5,996 nt of DNA from a virus (Duplodnaviria; Heunggongvirae; Uroviricota; Caudoviricetes). The stretch lies in the IMG/VR virus record IMGVR_UViG_2690316066_000017, positions 1 through 5,996 of that record. The stretch is one strand, 5' to 3'. The notes under the pieces were generated by a model. That model ran no database searches. It was not told where the DNA came from and saw nothing but the letters and a program-made list of their open reading frames with translations. Positions within the stretch are counted from its first letter, which is position 1. Each line of letters opens with the position of its first letter. This document shows, one piece after another, positions 5,440 to 5,996 of this stretch. The position numbers and the translations under genes are program-made.

Positions 5440-5996
5440 CCACGGCCCAATGTTAATTCCCGGTTCCAAACTGGCCCAGAAATTATCTGACGTTGTTTTC
5501 TCATAATGTTGAAATTCTGAATGTCCTGCCTCTACCTGCCAATTTAGCAAAAAAGTTGATATTCCGTCTTCCCATATCAGGTCGGAAGCAACTCCTCTCA
5601 ATGGTGAACGAATTGCTACTTGAGGGATACTAAGCACTAATTTCTGCGCTTCAAACAGAAACTCTTCGGTTGCTTGAGGAATTACAGATAAATCTGCACA
5701 TTGTCTTTCATCTTTTTTTCCATAATGCGAGAGGAAAAGTTTAGGGTATTTCTCTGTCTTCACCCCATAACGCATTAACAACTCCTCACTTAAACAAGCC
5801 TTTAAATAAGGTTTTCCATTACTATGTTCGGCATGGAAAAATATATCCTCTGAACCCACAATAGTTCCATTTAGAAAAATATCGACTGGATAAATGCCGG
5901 GAAGTTGCCCTCCATTTTCAAAAAGAGTTAGGTCTACTCCCTCCCCTCTTCTCTTTAGCAAAGATGCATCGAATGAATATGTCTTTCCATCTGAAT
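5440..5996 (-). pseudogene. Fimbrial usher (PapC/FimD-family outer-membrane usher), N-terminal region; the 5' end lies beyond the window and the 3' end is truncated at about 5440
   Basis: The translation contains the usher N-terminal hallmarks (DLTLFENGGQLPGIYPVDIFLNGT ... LNWQVEAG ... GINIGPW). The reading frame stays open upstream of the ORF-track TTG at 5961 through to the window edge (...SDGKTYSFDAS-LKRRGEG...). Homology stops at the N stretch, after only about 220 codons of a protein that is normally about 800 aa. Confidence 0.75.

Noticed and set aside
2400-5440. P2 Ogr-dependent late promoter (TGT-N12-ACA dyad upstream of a -10) inside the block
   Set aside because: In P2 the relevant promoters lie upstream of O and of V, both outside this segment. 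I did not find a convincing match in the M-L spacer and could not verify one by eye.
5350-5961. Complete 203-aa ORF starting at TTG 5961 and ending at 5350
   Set aside because: Upstream codons remain open and usher-like to the window edge. Downstream of about 5440 the ORF is accidental read-through across the N stretch into the antisense of the M-like fragment.
1-5996. IS element, integrase or att site explaining the two junctions
   Set aside because: No transposase or integrase ORF, terminal inverted repeats or flanking direct repeats are recognisable in any frame. The junction mechanism remains unexplained.

Overview
This window is a three-part mosaic with no IS element or transposase at either breakpoint. 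(1) Positions 1-~2400 are an AT-richer plasmid/ICE-type maintenance region: the 3' end of a umuC-family error-prone polymerase gene (+), a convergent stbA/stbB (ParM/ParR-like, type II partition) operon on the minus strand, a repeat-rich centromere/promoter-like intergenic region, and a short N-terminal fragment of a ParA-like Walker ATPase (+). (2) Positions ~2400-5428 are a GC-richer block of phage P2-type late genes, all on the minus strand: M' (C-terminal fragment)-L-X-Y(holin)-K(endolysin)-lysA-lysB/lysC(spanins)-R' (N-terminal fragment). The lysis cassette is intact and compactly overlapped, but the block is truncated at both ends. (3) Positions 5440-5996 are an AT-rich fragment encoding the N-terminal part of a fimbrial usher (minus strand, continuing beyond the window). 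The usher/M' breakpoint coincides exactly with ten ambiguous bases (5429-5438), so a contig chimera must be excluded before any biology is built on it. I see no RNA genes, CRISPR array or clearly novel system; the things worth a second look are the two abrupt junctions, the orphaned but intact P2-type lysis module co-oriented with the upstream fimbrial gene, and the stbA-proximal repeat region. All protein identifications are from reading the translations against remembered family features, not from a database search.
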